From the NCBI GenBank assembly GCA_037310415.1, contig CP147780.1, positions 640,001-704,000 of the forward strand: 64,000 nt of DNA, written 5' to 3'. The translations under genes were made by a program, and so were the position numbers. The notes beneath the pieces are model-generated. The model was not told the origin of the DNA. It did not search any database and saw only the letters and a program-made list of their open reading frames with translations. The stretch comes from Candidatus Atabeyarchaeum deiterrae. Lineage in GTDB: Archaea > Asgardarchaeota > Atabeyarchaeia > Atabeyarchaeales > Atabeyarchaeaceae. Numbering within the stretch: position 1 is the stretch's first letter; each line of letters starts with the position of its first letter. Of the stretch, positions 49,988-60,472 are shown one piece after another.

Positions 49988-50046
49988 CTGCATTAAGTGG
50001 AGGAAAAGTCCTTTTCTAACTCGGCAAGTGACTGAGAATACGGTAT

Positions 50047-51765
50047 TTGCTGGGAAGGCGGTTAGTTTTGGCAGAGGGTTATGAGGTTATCGACACAGAT
50101 GTTTTGGTCGTTGGCGCAGGAGGCGCAGGATGCAGAGCCGCTATTGAGGCTACGAACTATAATGTTTCGGTGACTCTGCTTAGCAAGGAACTTTTTGGTA
50201 AAGCTCATACTATCATGGCAGAAGGCGGCTACAATGCAGCTCTTGGCAATGTTGACAGAGAGGATAACTGCGACGTTCATTTCAAAGATACCGTGGAAGG
50301 CGGTGCCTATCTGAACAATCAGAACCTCGTGGAAATACTGGTTAAGGATTCCATTGAGCGCGTGTTTGACTTAGAGAATTTCGGAGGTTTGTTTGATAGA
50401 ACTGCTGAAGGCAAGATTGCTCAAAGACTCTTCGGGAAACAGACCTACCGACGGACATGCTATGCGAGTGACAGAACCGGTCATGAAATGATGGTAACTT
50501 TGGCAGAGGAGGTTAGAAGAAGAGACATCAGAATTATGGACGAGATTTTCGTTTCTCGTTTGCTGATGAGCGACGGAGAGGTCGCGGGCGCTTCGGCCAT
50601 CAATATTAAAGATGGGCGATTCATCGTCTTTAGATCGAAAGCATTAATCTTGGCGACAGGAGGCACTGGGAGGATCTACTCTATAACCACCAATGCAATG
50701 CAGGACACCGGTGATGGGTACGCAATCAGCTTCGACTGCGGAGCTCAACTAGTTGATATGGAGCAATTCCAGTTCCATCCAACAGGCGTGGTATTCCCTG
50801 AGTCTGCTCGAGGAATCTTGGTTACTGAAGCGGTCAGAGGCGAGGGCGGGGTTTTGTATAATTCGATTGAAGATCGTTTCATGAGAAATTACAATCCGAA
50901 ACTCATGGAGGTTGCCGGAAGAGATGAAGTAGCAAGAAGCATTGCAAGTGAGATTCTTGGGGGAAGAGGAACCACTCATAATGGTGTGTATCTTGACGTA
51001 TCCCACCTTCCCTCGATTTTGATAGAAGAGAAGCTCTCGTCAATGCTGGAACTGTTTCTCAGAATCGGCGTTGACATACGAAATGAACCTATGGAAGTGA
51101 GTCCAACAGCACACCACTTGATGGGGGGGCTAAAAATCAACGAAAGGGCTGAGACCACTGTCAAGAGACTTTTCGCCGCCGGAGAGGTTACTGGAGGCGT
51201 TCATGGAGGGAACAGACTCGGCGGAAATGCCCTCGCGGACACCCAAGTGTTTGGAAAGATAGCAGGAGAGAACGCTGCATTGCTTGCCAAGTCTCTATCA
51301 CAGAGTCCCATTCCAAGCCGATCGCAAATCGACCAAGCATACAAGGAGGTCCATTCTCCTATAGATAGAAGAGAGGGTGGAAGTTCAATAGAGCTTAGAA
51401 AGAGGCTACAGAAACTTATGTGGGACAAAGTAGGTATATATCGGACAGGAGATGCGCTCAAGGCAGCTCTCAACGAAATCATGAAGATGAGAAACGAAGC
51501 AATGAACACGGCCACTCGGGACAAGAAGCTCTCGTACAATAAAGAGTGGATGGAATCGCTCGAGGTGGCAAACATGTTGCTAACGTCGGAAATGGTGACT
51601 AGAGCAGCGCTAATGCGGGAGGAAAGTCGCGGAGCGCACTACAGAAGAGACTTCAACAGAACGGATAACAAGTGGCTGGCTAACATCCATATTGCCAAAG
51701 AAGGGAATGGAATGAAGCTCTGGGTTGAGCCAATAGTAGTCACGAAACTGAAGCCTCCAGTATGA
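50047..51765 (+). CDS. tfrA: Fumarate reductase flavoprotein (TfrA-type)
   Basis: GAGGAG, AHTIMAEGG, QFHPT, TEAVRGEGG, HGGNRLGGN. Confidence 0.85.
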   Translation: MLGRRLVLAEGYEVIDTDVLVVGAGGAGCRAAIEATNYNVSVTLLSKELFGKAHTIMAEGGYNAALGNVDREDNCDVHFKDTVEGGAYLNNQNLVEILVKDSIERVFDLENFGGLFDRTAEGKIAQRLFGKQTYRRTCYASDRTGHEMMVTLAEEVRRRDIRIMDEIFVSRLLMSDGEVAGASAINIKDGRFIVFRSKALILATGGTGRIYSITTNAMQDTGDGYAISFDCGAQLVDMEQFQFHPTGVVFPESARGILVTEAVRGEGGVLYNSIEDRFMRNYNPKLMEVAGRDEVARSIASEILGGRGTTHNGVYLDVSHLPSILIEEKLSSMLELFLRIGVDIRNEPMEVSPTAHHLMGGLKINERAETTVKRLFAAGEVTGGVHGGNRLGGNALADTQVFGKIAGENAALLAKSLSQSPIPSRSQIDQAYKEVHSPIDRREGGSSIELRKRLQKLMWDKVGIYRTGDALKAALNEIMKMRNEAMNTATRDKKLSYNKEWMESLEVANMLLTSEMVTRAALMREESRGAHYRRDFNRTDNKWLANIHIAKEGNGMKLWVEPIVVTKLKPPV

Positions 51766-51973
51766 GATCTTCAGATCCAACTCAGAATTCATCATACAGA
51801 ACCTGCAGAGTCTGCCATCTTATATTGAGCGATATATCATAAAGAAATAGTAAAAGTTGATTTACCGATTTGCAGTATTTCCTGGATCGAGTCAGTTCAG
51901 CCTGATCGAAGAGAAAGCTTGATGACACAATGACTGTGAAGCCAGTTCCTACTAATCCTATTTGGTGGTCAAA

Positions 51974-53530
51974 ATGAGCACTGAGTCGTTTGAATTGAAG
52001 TTATTCCGTTATGATCACGCTAAAGACGACGCTGCAAGATATCAGACCTATAGAGTTCCGTACTCTGATGGGATGACTGTGTTAGATGCCTTGGATTACG
52101 TATATGATAACCTTGATCCAACACTAGCGTACAGAAAGTCATGCAGGCAGGGATCATGTGGATCGTGTGCAGTGCTAGTCGATACAAAACCATGCGCAGC
52201 TTGTCGTACTCTTGTGAAAAGGGGCAGGAGTATAACTGTTTCGCCGCTGTTGCATTTCGATGTAATAAAGGATCTCGTAACAGACATTAGTCGAGGAACC
52301 AGGAAACTGATGAGAGTCAGACCTTTTGTGGAGAGAACATCCTCGCCCGGAAGACCTGAAGTGATCAAGAGGAGCGACATTGAGCCGATAAAAGATCTGA
52401 GGAAGTGCATTGAGTGCTGGTCATGTATAAGCGCATGCCCTGCCATTTCGGAAGCTTGGCAGGAATTCGCTGGTCCTCTACCAATGAGACAATTGGCGAG
52501 GCTCAAGCTTGATCCTCGAGATATGGAAGATCGCGTCAAGATGGCCATCGCTGATGGGTTATACGATTGTACTACATGCAAGGCTTGTGTGGAGGCTTGC
52601 CCAAAGGAGATAGATATCCCGGCAAAAGCTATTGAGAAGTTGAGGTCATTCGCTGTAGAGCAGGGACTTGGTCCACTTCCAGGTCACATGGACTTTGTCC
52701 GATTGGTCGACGAAACGGGAAGATCAGTTGCAAAGAAGGGCATTTCTTTGCTTGAACAGGTTCCCGAGGTCATAAAAGTGCGCGACCCCGTCGACAGAGT
52801 CGCATTTTTCACAGGGTGTTTGATTGACTTCAGAATGCAGGACACTGGCAAAGCTTTGATCAACACTCTCGTCACAAATAACGTTGAAGTATGTGTGCCA
52901 AAGAACCAAGTATGCTGTGGATCTCCCGCATTGAGGACAGGCTCCGTTGGAGTTGCAAGAAAACGAATCATTCAAAACACGGAGTTATTTGAGAAACTAG
53001 GTGTAGAGAAGGTTGTCGTTGGATGCTCCGGCTGCGGTCTAACTCTCAAGACCAACTTCAACGAGATTCTCGAGGATGAAATAGGCAGAAAAGCAGGATT
53101 CAGAGCGTATGACATCAATGAATACTTGGTGAAGGAAATAGGATTGGAGAACATGGTCAGACCAAGCAAGAAACTGAATCTGCGCTTGACATACCATGAC
53201 CCATGCCACTTGTGCCGAGGTCAAGGAATCAGGCAAGAGCCGAGATCATTACTCAAGATGATCCCTGGCGTTGAGTTTGTCGAGATGAAAGATGCGGATA
53301 GGTGCTGTGGTAGTGGCGGAGGAGTTAGGGCTGGCAAGAGACAACTTTCAATGGCCATAGCCAGGAGAAAGGCGGAATTGGTTAGTCAAGCAAACGCAGA
53401 TTATTGTGTGACCTCTTGTCCATTCTGTACTATCCAGATTCAAGAGATCCTCCAAGCCTTGGGCATTGGAACAAAAGTCGCTAATGTTGTAGACATACTT
53501 GAAAGATCATACGGAAAGAAGGTAGTGTGA
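51974..53530 (+). CDS. tfrB: Thiol:fumarate reductase Fe-S subunit (SdhB-like + two CCG domains)
   Basis: CRQGSCGSC, two ferredoxin motifs, QVCCGSP, YHDPCHL, RCCGSGGG. Confidence 0.85.
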   Translation: MSTESFELKLFRYDHAKDDAARYQTYRVPYSDGMTVLDALDYVYDNLDPTLAYRKSCRQGSCGSCAVLVDTKPCAACRTLVKRGRSITVSPLLHFDVIKDLVTDISRGTRKLMRVRPFVERTSSPGRPEVIKRSDIEPIKDLRKCIECWSCISACPAISEAWQEFAGPLPMRQLARLKLDPRDMEDRVKMAIADGLYDCTTCKACVEACPKEIDIPAKAIEKLRSFAVEQGLGPLPGHMDFVRLVDETGRSVAKKGISLLEQVPEVIKVRDPVDRVAFFTGCLIDFRMQDTGKALINTLVTNNVEVCVPKNQVCCGSPALRTGSVGVARKRIIQNTELFEKLGVEKVVVGCSGCGLTLKTNFNEILEDEIGRKAGFRAYDINEYLVKEIGLENMVRPSKKLNLRLTYHDPCHLCRGQGIRQEPRSLLKMIPGVEFVEMKDADRCCGSGGGVRAGKRQLSMAIARRKAELVSQANADYCVTSCPFCTIQIQEILQALGIGTKVANVVDILERSYGKKVV

Positions 53531-53691
53531 AGTTCTCTTAGGGCTAAGGTTGTTACCAACGGGACGTTCGTTTTGTGAAATGAAGCGTCTGGTCGCTCGA
53601 TTTTTACTCGGTCTGGGGTCATTTAAATATGGTGAACAGTGACTTTCAGTTGTAAAAGAATGTTCTTCGATTTTCCCGTCGGGGTAAGATC

Positions 53692-54750
53692 TTGTATCAT
53701 GTCAGGCGAATGATAGGCAACCCAGCATTATCCAAGTATTCGATTCGAGCTGCAATCGTTTTTCTTCTATTATGTCTCGCAAGTCTAGTCTGTTTCAGCA
53801 ATCTGCATCTGGCTATTCTGGTTCTAGTATGTACATTGTCTGCGGTGCGCTTACTGTACGGTGAGCAACCCAATATCAAGGCTTACACGTTGCGGAGCAA
53901 TGGTAGGAGTCTAACCTTTTCCGATGATAAAAGGCAAAGGTTCATAGCGCTTTCAATTGTTGAAGCGAAATCGAGCAGAGTCATGGAAACAGGGGTCAAC
54001 AATTCAGAAGAAGCTCCCTCCAAGATTGTCAGAGCGACTAAGATATTCGCAGAACATGTTGGAGCTTTCAGCATCGAGGTCAAAGTCAGAGCTGGATCTA
54101 TTAGATACCTAGCAGTTGCTGATGCAAAAACCGTGGCAGAAGCATGTCAAAAATCAGAAACTTCTGCTGAAAGACTATTAAGAGTAGTTAGAGAGATGCA
54201 TGGAGTGAACTCTCGGGCAGGAATCTTGGAAGGAGAATATCTCAGAGACACCTTCATGAGCATCGTTGGGGGGGATTTTGGAACCCTTAAAGGTGTGGGT
54301 AACGTCGTTCTCCGAGAAGGCGAATCCAGGAATGGAGCCTCTGGATTTGCCCTACTTACTGCCATCGACGGATCGATTGGGACAATAGGGCTGGATAGAC
54401 TGTCTTCGATAGTACAGGATTTACAGGGGGAGGTGACCTATGTAATCAACATGAAAGTGCATAAGACCTATGATGAGAATGTCTTGATTGAAGGAGCCGA
54501 GCATGGTCAAATCTGGGTGATTTCATCATATTTCATGGTTGACGGAAGAAGTGTTGATAAAATCAACCAGGATGCCTTCAAACTTAGGAGCAGCGTAGAA
54601 AGTTTAACACGCGGAGGCACGCTAAGAGTTGAACGAGGTGCATTTGCTATCCAGAAGATTGGGAGTATTCTTGTCAGATCATCAGTTGGCAAGAAACTGC
54701 GTCTGTCAAACAACCAGTTGATTGCCCACATTCAGACAATGTTAAGTTGA
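53692..54750 (+). CDS. Hypothetical protein with N-terminal TM helices
   Basis: 352-aa ORF; no motif recognised. Confidence 0.55.
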   Translation: MYHVRRMIGNPALSKYSIRAAIVFLLLCLASLVCFSNLHLAILVLVCTLSAVRLLYGEQPNIKAYTLRSNGRSLTFSDDKRQRFIALSIVEAKSSRVMETGVNNSEEAPSKIVRATKIFAEHVGAFSIEVKVRAGSIRYLAVADAKTVAEACQKSETSAERLLRVVREMHGVNSRAGILEGEYLRDTFMSIVGGDFGTLKGVGNVVLREGESRNGASGFALLTAIDGSIGTIGLDRLSSIVQDLQGEVTYVINMKVHKTYDENVLIEGAEHGQIWVISSYFMVDGRSVDKINQDAFKLRSSVESLTRGGTLRVERGAFAIQKIGSILVRSSVGKKLRLSNNQLIAHIQTMLS

Positions 54751-54867
54751 TTGGAAGAAGTTATGTAACGTCCATGATTGTGTTCTCCAAGTCGACGAGA
54801 ATGATAAATCCAAGACATTTGCAGATGAAAAGTATGTTCACATTAGGATCTAATTGGTCTGATAGTC

Positions 54868-55701
54868 TTGGTATTCGGAAGGAACTTGAATCCATGTAAC
54901 GAGGTTCAATACGACTTGCGATCAATCGAACCTGTTGAGATGGTCAGTAACCCCTCTACGGGTGCAGCAAAACGAATTATTATAGAAGCCCTAGAGAAAG
55001 GCAAAGCAATAGTAGCGGTAGGATCGTGTGAGATAGTCTATAAAGGCCGAGCTTCATCGACTCTTGGTCCTGGAGAACGAATAGTCATAGTAACCGAAGA
55101 CAAAGCTTTGATCATTCATCGGTCTTATGGTTATCGCCCGGTCAACTGGCAGCCTACGGGTTGCAAGTTCAGAGTTGAGGAATCCGCTGATGGCAAACTG
55201 GTCGTCACCGCAATAAGGATGAACCCTCTCGAGTCGATTAAGATGTCTTTCGACAAGTTCTACGCAATAAGCACACTCGTTCTTCTCGATAATAGCGAGC
55301 TATGTCTTTACGCTTCAGAGTTGGACATGAAGAAGGCAATTCTTTACAGACCGAGCTTGATCGAGGATGGTTTCACACCGATAACCTCCGAAAAGGTGAC
55401 CGCAACGGGATTTGTGGACATATTCGGCAAGGACAAGGAAGGAAATTATGTAATCGTGGAAATCAAGAGGGGTCGAGCAACAAAGAAAGCTGTACTTCAA
55501 CTGGCAAGATACATTGAGACGCCCAGAAAGGGAAATCCTAGTATTAGAGGCATACTCGTGGCAGACGGCATTACCAAAGATGCTCAGAGAAGCATTGTTT
55601 CGCTGAATCTGGAATTCAAGAGACTCAATCCGAAGAAATGCTCGGAAATCTTGCAGGAACTGGAAAGAACCAAAGATAAAGAGATCACGAGCTATTTCTG
55701 A
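54868..55701 (+). CDS. nucS: Mismatch endonuclease NucS/EndoMS
   Basis: YKGRASS, PVNWQP, GFVDI...VEIKR, QLARY, C-terminal PIP-like motif. Confidence 0.93.
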   Translation: MVFGRNLNPCNEVQYDLRSIEPVEMVSNPSTGAAKRIIIEALEKGKAIVAVGSCEIVYKGRASSTLGPGERIVIVTEDKALIIHRSYGYRPVNWQPTGCKFRVEESADGKLVVTAIRMNPLESIKMSFDKFYAISTLVLLDNSELCLYASELDMKKAILYRPSLIEDGFTPITSEKVTATGFVDIFGKDKEGNYVIVEIKRGRATKKAVLQLARYIETPRKGNPSIRGILVADGITKDAQRSIVSLNLEFKRLNPKKCSEILQELERTKDKEITSYF

Positions 55702-55737
55702 TCAGACCCATCATGATCGACAGGTGAGAGGAGACTC

Positions 55738-56307
55738 ATGAACGAAGAAGAATCACTAAACAAGAAGCGCCAGATCATGAAACTCTATGACTCGTCGGCA
55801 AGAATATACAACAGAAGATACAACATGATTCAATCCAGAAAATACAAGTTCGTAGAGAAGCTTCTCGAAGGAAAAGAAATCATACTTGATGTGGGATGTG
55901 GAACGGGCTTGCTCTCTTCGTTCTTGGATGAAAAAGCCAGTCTGCTCATTGGAGTTGATATTTCGGTAAATATGCTAAAAGTAGCGCAAGGTAACCCAAA
56001 AAGAAGGCTTATCAGAGAAGATCTGATAAGAGCTGATGCTGACTGGCTACCATTTCGCGACAACGTTTTTGAGAAGGTGATCTCTGTGACGGTCCTTCAG
56101 AATATGCCTGAGCCAAGGGTAACGATCAAAGACATTGCTCGCGTCACGGTGGCAGGAGGCGAAATCGCCGTAACTTCTCTCAGGAAGAAGCATGACCTAG
56201 CCAACCTTCTAGCAATCATTCTGATAAGTGCTCCTGAGTTGAAGGTGACAACGGAATGGGATGATGATGATGAGGATGCTGGTGCTATCCTAACTAAACT
56301 TATTTAA
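55738..56307 (+). CDS. Class I SAM-dependent methyltransferase
   Basis: ILDVGCGTG, GVDIS..ML, LPFRD. Confidence 0.88.
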   Translation: MNEEESLNKKRQIMKLYDSSARIYNRRYNMIQSRKYKFVEKLLEGKEIILDVGCGTGLLSSFLDEKASLLIGVDISVNMLKVAQGNPKRRLIREDLIRADADWLPFRDNVFEKVISVTVLQNMPEPRVTIKDIARVTVAGGEIAVTSLRKKHDLANLLAIILISAPELKVTTEWDDDDEDAGAILTKLI

Positions 56308-56394
56308 AGGAATCCACGTATTTTACTACAAGTAATGTTCTAAAGAGGTTTGCAAGTAGCGAAAAGAAGAAGCGATTCTCTGGAGATGGAATCT

Positions 56395-56652
56395 ATGACC
56401 GAAAGACAGCCTTTGAAACTTCTCCTTCGCTCGATAAACAACACTGTACTTGTAAAATTGAAGGATGGTCGAGAATACAAGGGAAGACTGATCGAGATGG
56501 ATAATTATATGAACTTGGTTCTAAGTGGAGCGGAGGAAATCGAGAATAATGAGCATGTCGCTAGATTTGGTGAAGTCTTCATAAGAGGCAACAACATTCT
56601 CTTCATAAAACCAGACGTAACGGCCTCGGCAAGCGAAGCTGAAGAGAAGTAG
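56395..56652 (+). CDS. Sm-like archaeal protein (SmAP1/2)
   Basis: VLVKLKDGREYKG...DNYMNLVL...IRGNNI. Confidence 0.92.
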   Translation: MTERQPLKLLLRSINNTVLVKLKDGREYKGRLIEMDNYMNLVLSGAEEIENNEHVARFGEVFIRGNNILFIKPDVTASASEAEEK

Positions 56653-56854
56653 AACTGTGGAATCTTCGAAGGACAGAATGGAGATATTGAGAAGGTTAAT
56701 GTGAGAATCTGCCAGACATGGATACCTGCGCTATCTGTTTGATGGCAGTAGTACATGTTCACCGTTTTCTCCCTTAGAGTTCTAAGGACAACTCAAACAT
56801 GTATTCTGCTCATGTTTCGGCCTTGATTTCTCTGATTAGACAGGGGCTTGTCAC

Positions 56855-57295
56855 ATGAGGAAAGTGCGCCTTTCTGAAAGCGACAAAATTGAGAAGATGT
56901 CAAACATCTTCATGGAGCTTTTCAGTTTTTCTTCAGAAGGCGTTCCCATTTTGGTCGAAGGACGGAAAGACGAGGATGCCCTCAAAGAGCTGGGAGTTAA
57001 GGGAAGAATCATCAGAATAAGAAGACAGAGAAAGAAGTTGTTCGAACTCGCTGAGGAGCTATCACCATATAAGAAAGTAGTGGTTCTTGCCGATTTTGAC
57101 AAGGAGGGAGAGGCACTGGCAAGAGAGATCTCCCGTTACCTTCAATTGTGGGGCGTCCAGACAATCATGAGGGATAAAATTAGAAACGCCATAAGTTGGG
57201 CTACGAGAGAAATCGAAGGGGTAAAAAAGATTGGAGGACTTCAAGAAAAGTTAAATAACAAGCAATTCATAGTAGACGTGAAGCAGGTGAAGTAA
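56855..57295 (+). CDS. Small Toprim-domain protein
   Basis: ILVEGRKD..AL, LADFDKEG, EIEG. Confidence 0.88.
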   Translation: MRKVRLSESDKIEKMSNIFMELFSFSSEGVPILVEGRKDEDALKELGVKGRIIRIRRQRKKLFELAEELSPYKKVVVLADFDKEGEALAREISRYLQLWGVQTIMRDKIRNAISWATREIEGVKKIGGLQEKLNNKQFIVDVKQVK

Positions 57296-57399
57296 GGTTT
57301 TCCTGTCTCTCGAGAATTCACTTGAATAGGGGAGACAAGAGCACAATGTGCTTAACCTTAATTTCCGTGCATCATATTTACAAGGAGTTGAAATAACCA

Positions 57400-58590
57400 A
57401 TGACGGAGGATCATGAGGAATATACCACAACAAAATACGTTATCAGAGCAAAGTTTGAAGTAGACGGGGTAGTTGAGAAACCCGACGTTGTAGGTGCAGT
57501 CTTTGGACAGACTGAGGGATTGCTCGGAGATGAGCTTGACCTTCGGGAACTGCAGAAGACTGGTCGCATTGGAAGAATAGTCGTCAATGTTAGTGCACAG
57601 GGTGGGAAGTCAAGCGGAGTGATAATAATACCTTCAAGCATTGACAAGGTTGAGACAGCAATTCTAGCTTCTTCGCTTGAGACAATTGATAGGGTGGGGC
57701 CTTGCAGTGCAAGATTCTGGGTTGACCGGGTAGAAGATGTGAGAGAACTCAAAAGGAGAAGGATAACGAAGAGAGCCTCTGAAATCCTACGCGAATGGGA
57801 AGACAAGACAGCCCCCGAAAGCAAAGAAATAACTGAATTGGTAATGGATTCTATCAGAAGTGGTGATATAACCAAGTACGGCTCAGAAGAGCTACCTGCC
57901 GGTCCCTCAATAGATGACTCGGACACAATAATAGTACTCGAGGGAAGGGCGGATGTCCAGAATCTTCTGAGATATGGCTTCAAGAATGTCATCGCTGTTG
58001 AAGGAACGAAGGTTCCGCAAACGATCATCGACTTAAGTCGAAAGAAAACTGTAATTGCGTTTCTCGACGGTGATCGCGGCGGGGATCTGATACTGAAGGA
58101 ACTGATGCAGGTTGCAGACATAGACTACGTTACTCGCGCCCCGGTAGGAAAAGACACTGAAGAGCTGACAAGAAAGGAGATAGTGAAAGCATTAAGAAAC
58201 AAGGTTCCGGCTGAGCAGGCAACTGCAGTTGTTGAGAAGACCCAAGAGAAAAACAAGGATACCCGTTCCACTGAGGTAAGAGAGAAAAAAGAGAAGGGCT
58301 CCAACCACCCAGGTCAGCTCTCAAAATACGTACAGTCGATCGACGGAACTCTGAAAGCCATAACCCTCAACGACAAACTTGAGCTGGTTCAGGAGACATC
58401 AGTGGGAGAGCTGACAGATGTCATACCGACACTTGAAGGGATTCGCGCAATAGTATTTGACGGAGTCATTACCCAGCGTCTGGTTGACTTGGCAAGCGAA
58501 AAGGGCATTGAATACCTCATCGGGGCGAGAAGGGGTAACATTACAAAACAACCAGTGAACATGCTGATTAAGACCTTCAAGGAAGTCTGA
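57400..58590 (+). CDS. dnaG: Archaeal DnaG (exosome-associated)
   Basis: GVVEKPDVVGAVFGQTEGLLG, LEGRADV, DGDRGG. Confidence 0.96.
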   Translation: MTEDHEEYTTTKYVIRAKFEVDGVVEKPDVVGAVFGQTEGLLGDELDLRELQKTGRIGRIVVNVSAQGGKSSGVIIIPSSIDKVETAILASSLETIDRVGPCSARFWVDRVEDVRELKRRRITKRASEILREWEDKTAPESKEITELVMDSIRSGDITKYGSEELPAGPSIDDSDTIIVLEGRADVQNLLRYGFKNVIAVEGTKVPQTIIDLSRKKTVIAFLDGDRGGDLILKELMQVADIDYVTRAPVGKDTEELTRKEIVKALRNKVPAEQATAVVEKTQEKNKDTRSTEVREKKEKGSNHPGQLSKYVQSIDGTLKAITLNDKLELVQETSVGELTDVIPTLEGIRAIVFDGVITQRLVDLASEKGIEYLIGARRGNITKQPVNMLIKTFKEV

Positions 58591-58769
58591 TCATCCCGGA
58601 TTTCAGTCCATCACACAGACAGTTGCCGCTACGGCGCGCCATTGGTCGATCGCTGCATTAAGTGATGTATTTGCTCTCGGTGTGGGTATCATAGCGAACT
58701 CCACTCTCAGACCCTCTGCAATCTTATCAACCTCATGTCAATAAGATCCCAGACGTCGTACTAATCAGT

Positions 58770-58991
58770 TCACTTTTTCTTTTCTTTGGAAACCCACCAA
58801 TCTAAGTACTCTTTTTGCCTTTTGTTTTTCTCTTCCTTCTCCTCGTCGAAGCCGCCGTAAATCTGATTCATGAGTTTCTCACGGGCTTCATCAATCTCCT
58901 CACGCATCCAAGTGGCACCGCATCTAGTGCAAACATATGAGCGACGATTTCTATCATACTTCAATTCGCCAGCACATTCGGGACAATTCAT
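58770..58991 (-). CDS. Small Zn-ribbon protein
   Basis: CPEC...CTRC, EYLDWW. Confidence 0.75.
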   Translation of the reverse strand: MNCPECAGELKYDRNRRSYVCTRCGATWMREEIDEAREKLMNQIYGGFDEEKEEKNKRQKEYLDWWVSKEKKK

Positions 58992-59242
58992 TGCGAGTTA
59001 CTCCTCAAATATCGATTAGCGCAAGACTTTCTAGACTCTTTTACAAGAGGCTGACACAATTTCACTACTACCTGATAACTATTAATGGACAGAGTTGATT
59101 ATTAAACTTGATTGAATGAATTCACAAACAGCACGTGCGAATATATGCGAGATCGGTTTCTTGTTAGGCGATTAAGAATTTCAAGGAGTACTCAGCGTGC
59201 AGACAGCATACCATGTCTTGTGGTTACACCAGATGTTTTTGG

Positions 59243-60355
59243 CTAGCTAACTGGCTTCCATAGTAATCCTGATTCATCTGCACACTTGTAAGCTTCTTCC
59301 AGTTCTTCTCGTGCAGGTCGCCTGTTTATCTCAGCATAATTCCTGTCGCTAAGAACAAGGTATTCTGGTCTATATTGCCCCATGATATTGACGAGAGCTT
59401 TTGGTATGTTTCTGGAGATCCACGTTAAGATGGGCTTGGTGCAGCACTCGACGTGCCCAGGCATCACTAAGTGACGAACGATCATTTCTCCACCGCCACG
59501 ATCGTAAACGGTCCTGTGGTTTCTCGACACAACCCGCCAATAGTTGGAGACTTGCGAGTATTTCAGAGCGCAGCTGTCTTTGTACCATTTGAGGTCGGGT
59601 AACCAAAAATCGATTGCGTCTAAGAGTAGTTCAGTGGACTCATTTGACATGTAGAAATTCGAGTTCCACAGTTGACATATGTCAACTTCAAGATACTTCA
59701 TTGATTCCAAGATGTTATGAATATTTGGCGTTGGCGAACCGCCGACCCAGTTAACGTTGTAAGCTCCTTCGCCTCTGAGAGTGGATACCATTCTTGACAA
59801 CTGAACTGGAGTAACCACGCGACCATTTTCTGAATTGCCTGAAATGTCTGAGTTCTGACAGAAAACGCATGGACCGAAGTTGCAGCCGGCGAAGAATATC
59901 GTGCCAGAAGGAACTAGGACACTCTCTTCACCCATATGAAGGAAGAAGGTCGACACGGCAGACTCACTACCGAGTCTGCAGTGCCCTTTCTCCCCTTTCA
60001 GTCTGTTTGCTCCACATCTCCGCTCGCACAAATGGCAATTCTGCAGTATTCTTCTGGAGAGCTCAATCTTCAAATCTAGATAAGTTGAAGAAGAAGGAGT
60101 CTCTAGATCCTTAAGACTCGTTTTGCCATTATCAAGGTCCATTAAGGTTTTGTTAAAAAGAGAAGATGCCTTGCCATGTTCGTCCCACAACTCTTCGTCA
60201 GAAGAGTGGAATGAAACAGCTACAGGTATCAACTTGGCTACCTTGGATTTTGGCAGGAGAATTCCTTTAAGGATTCCATAGTACCTTGAAAGTCTAGATC
60301 TGATCACTCTGTTATTCCACACTTCCACGGAATCGGGGCGAACTATCTTCCACAT
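59243..60355 (-). CDS. PflX-like radical SAM protein
   Basis: CHLCERRC, SGTIFFAGCNFGPCVFCQN, VRHLVMPGH. Confidence 0.88.
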   Translation of the reverse strand: MWKIVRPDSVEVWNNRVIRSRLSRYYGILKGILLPKSKVAKLIPVAVSFHSSDEELWDEHGKASSLFNKTLMDLDNGKTSLKDLETPSSSTYLDLKIELSRRILQNCHLCERRCGANRLKGEKGHCRLGSESAVSTFFLHMGEESVLVPSGTIFFAGCNFGPCVFCQNSDISGNSENGRVVTPVQLSRMVSTLRGEGAYNVNWVGGSPTPNIHNILESMKYLEVDICQLWNSNFYMSNESTELLLDAIDFWLPDLKWYKDSCALKYSQVSNYWRVVSRNHRTVYDRGGGEMIVRHLVMPGHVECCTKPILTWISRNIPKALVNIMGQYRPEYLVLSDRNYAEINRRPAREELEEAYKCADESGLLWKPVS

Positions 60356-60472
60356 ATTTACGATACACCGCGACGCCGTATTGGGAGATGAGCGTATGCC
60401 GCCGGCTGTATTGCTCGTGAATAGATCTCGAGATAATATGGTACTATGTAGGAGCACAGTTTAAGAGCTTGT

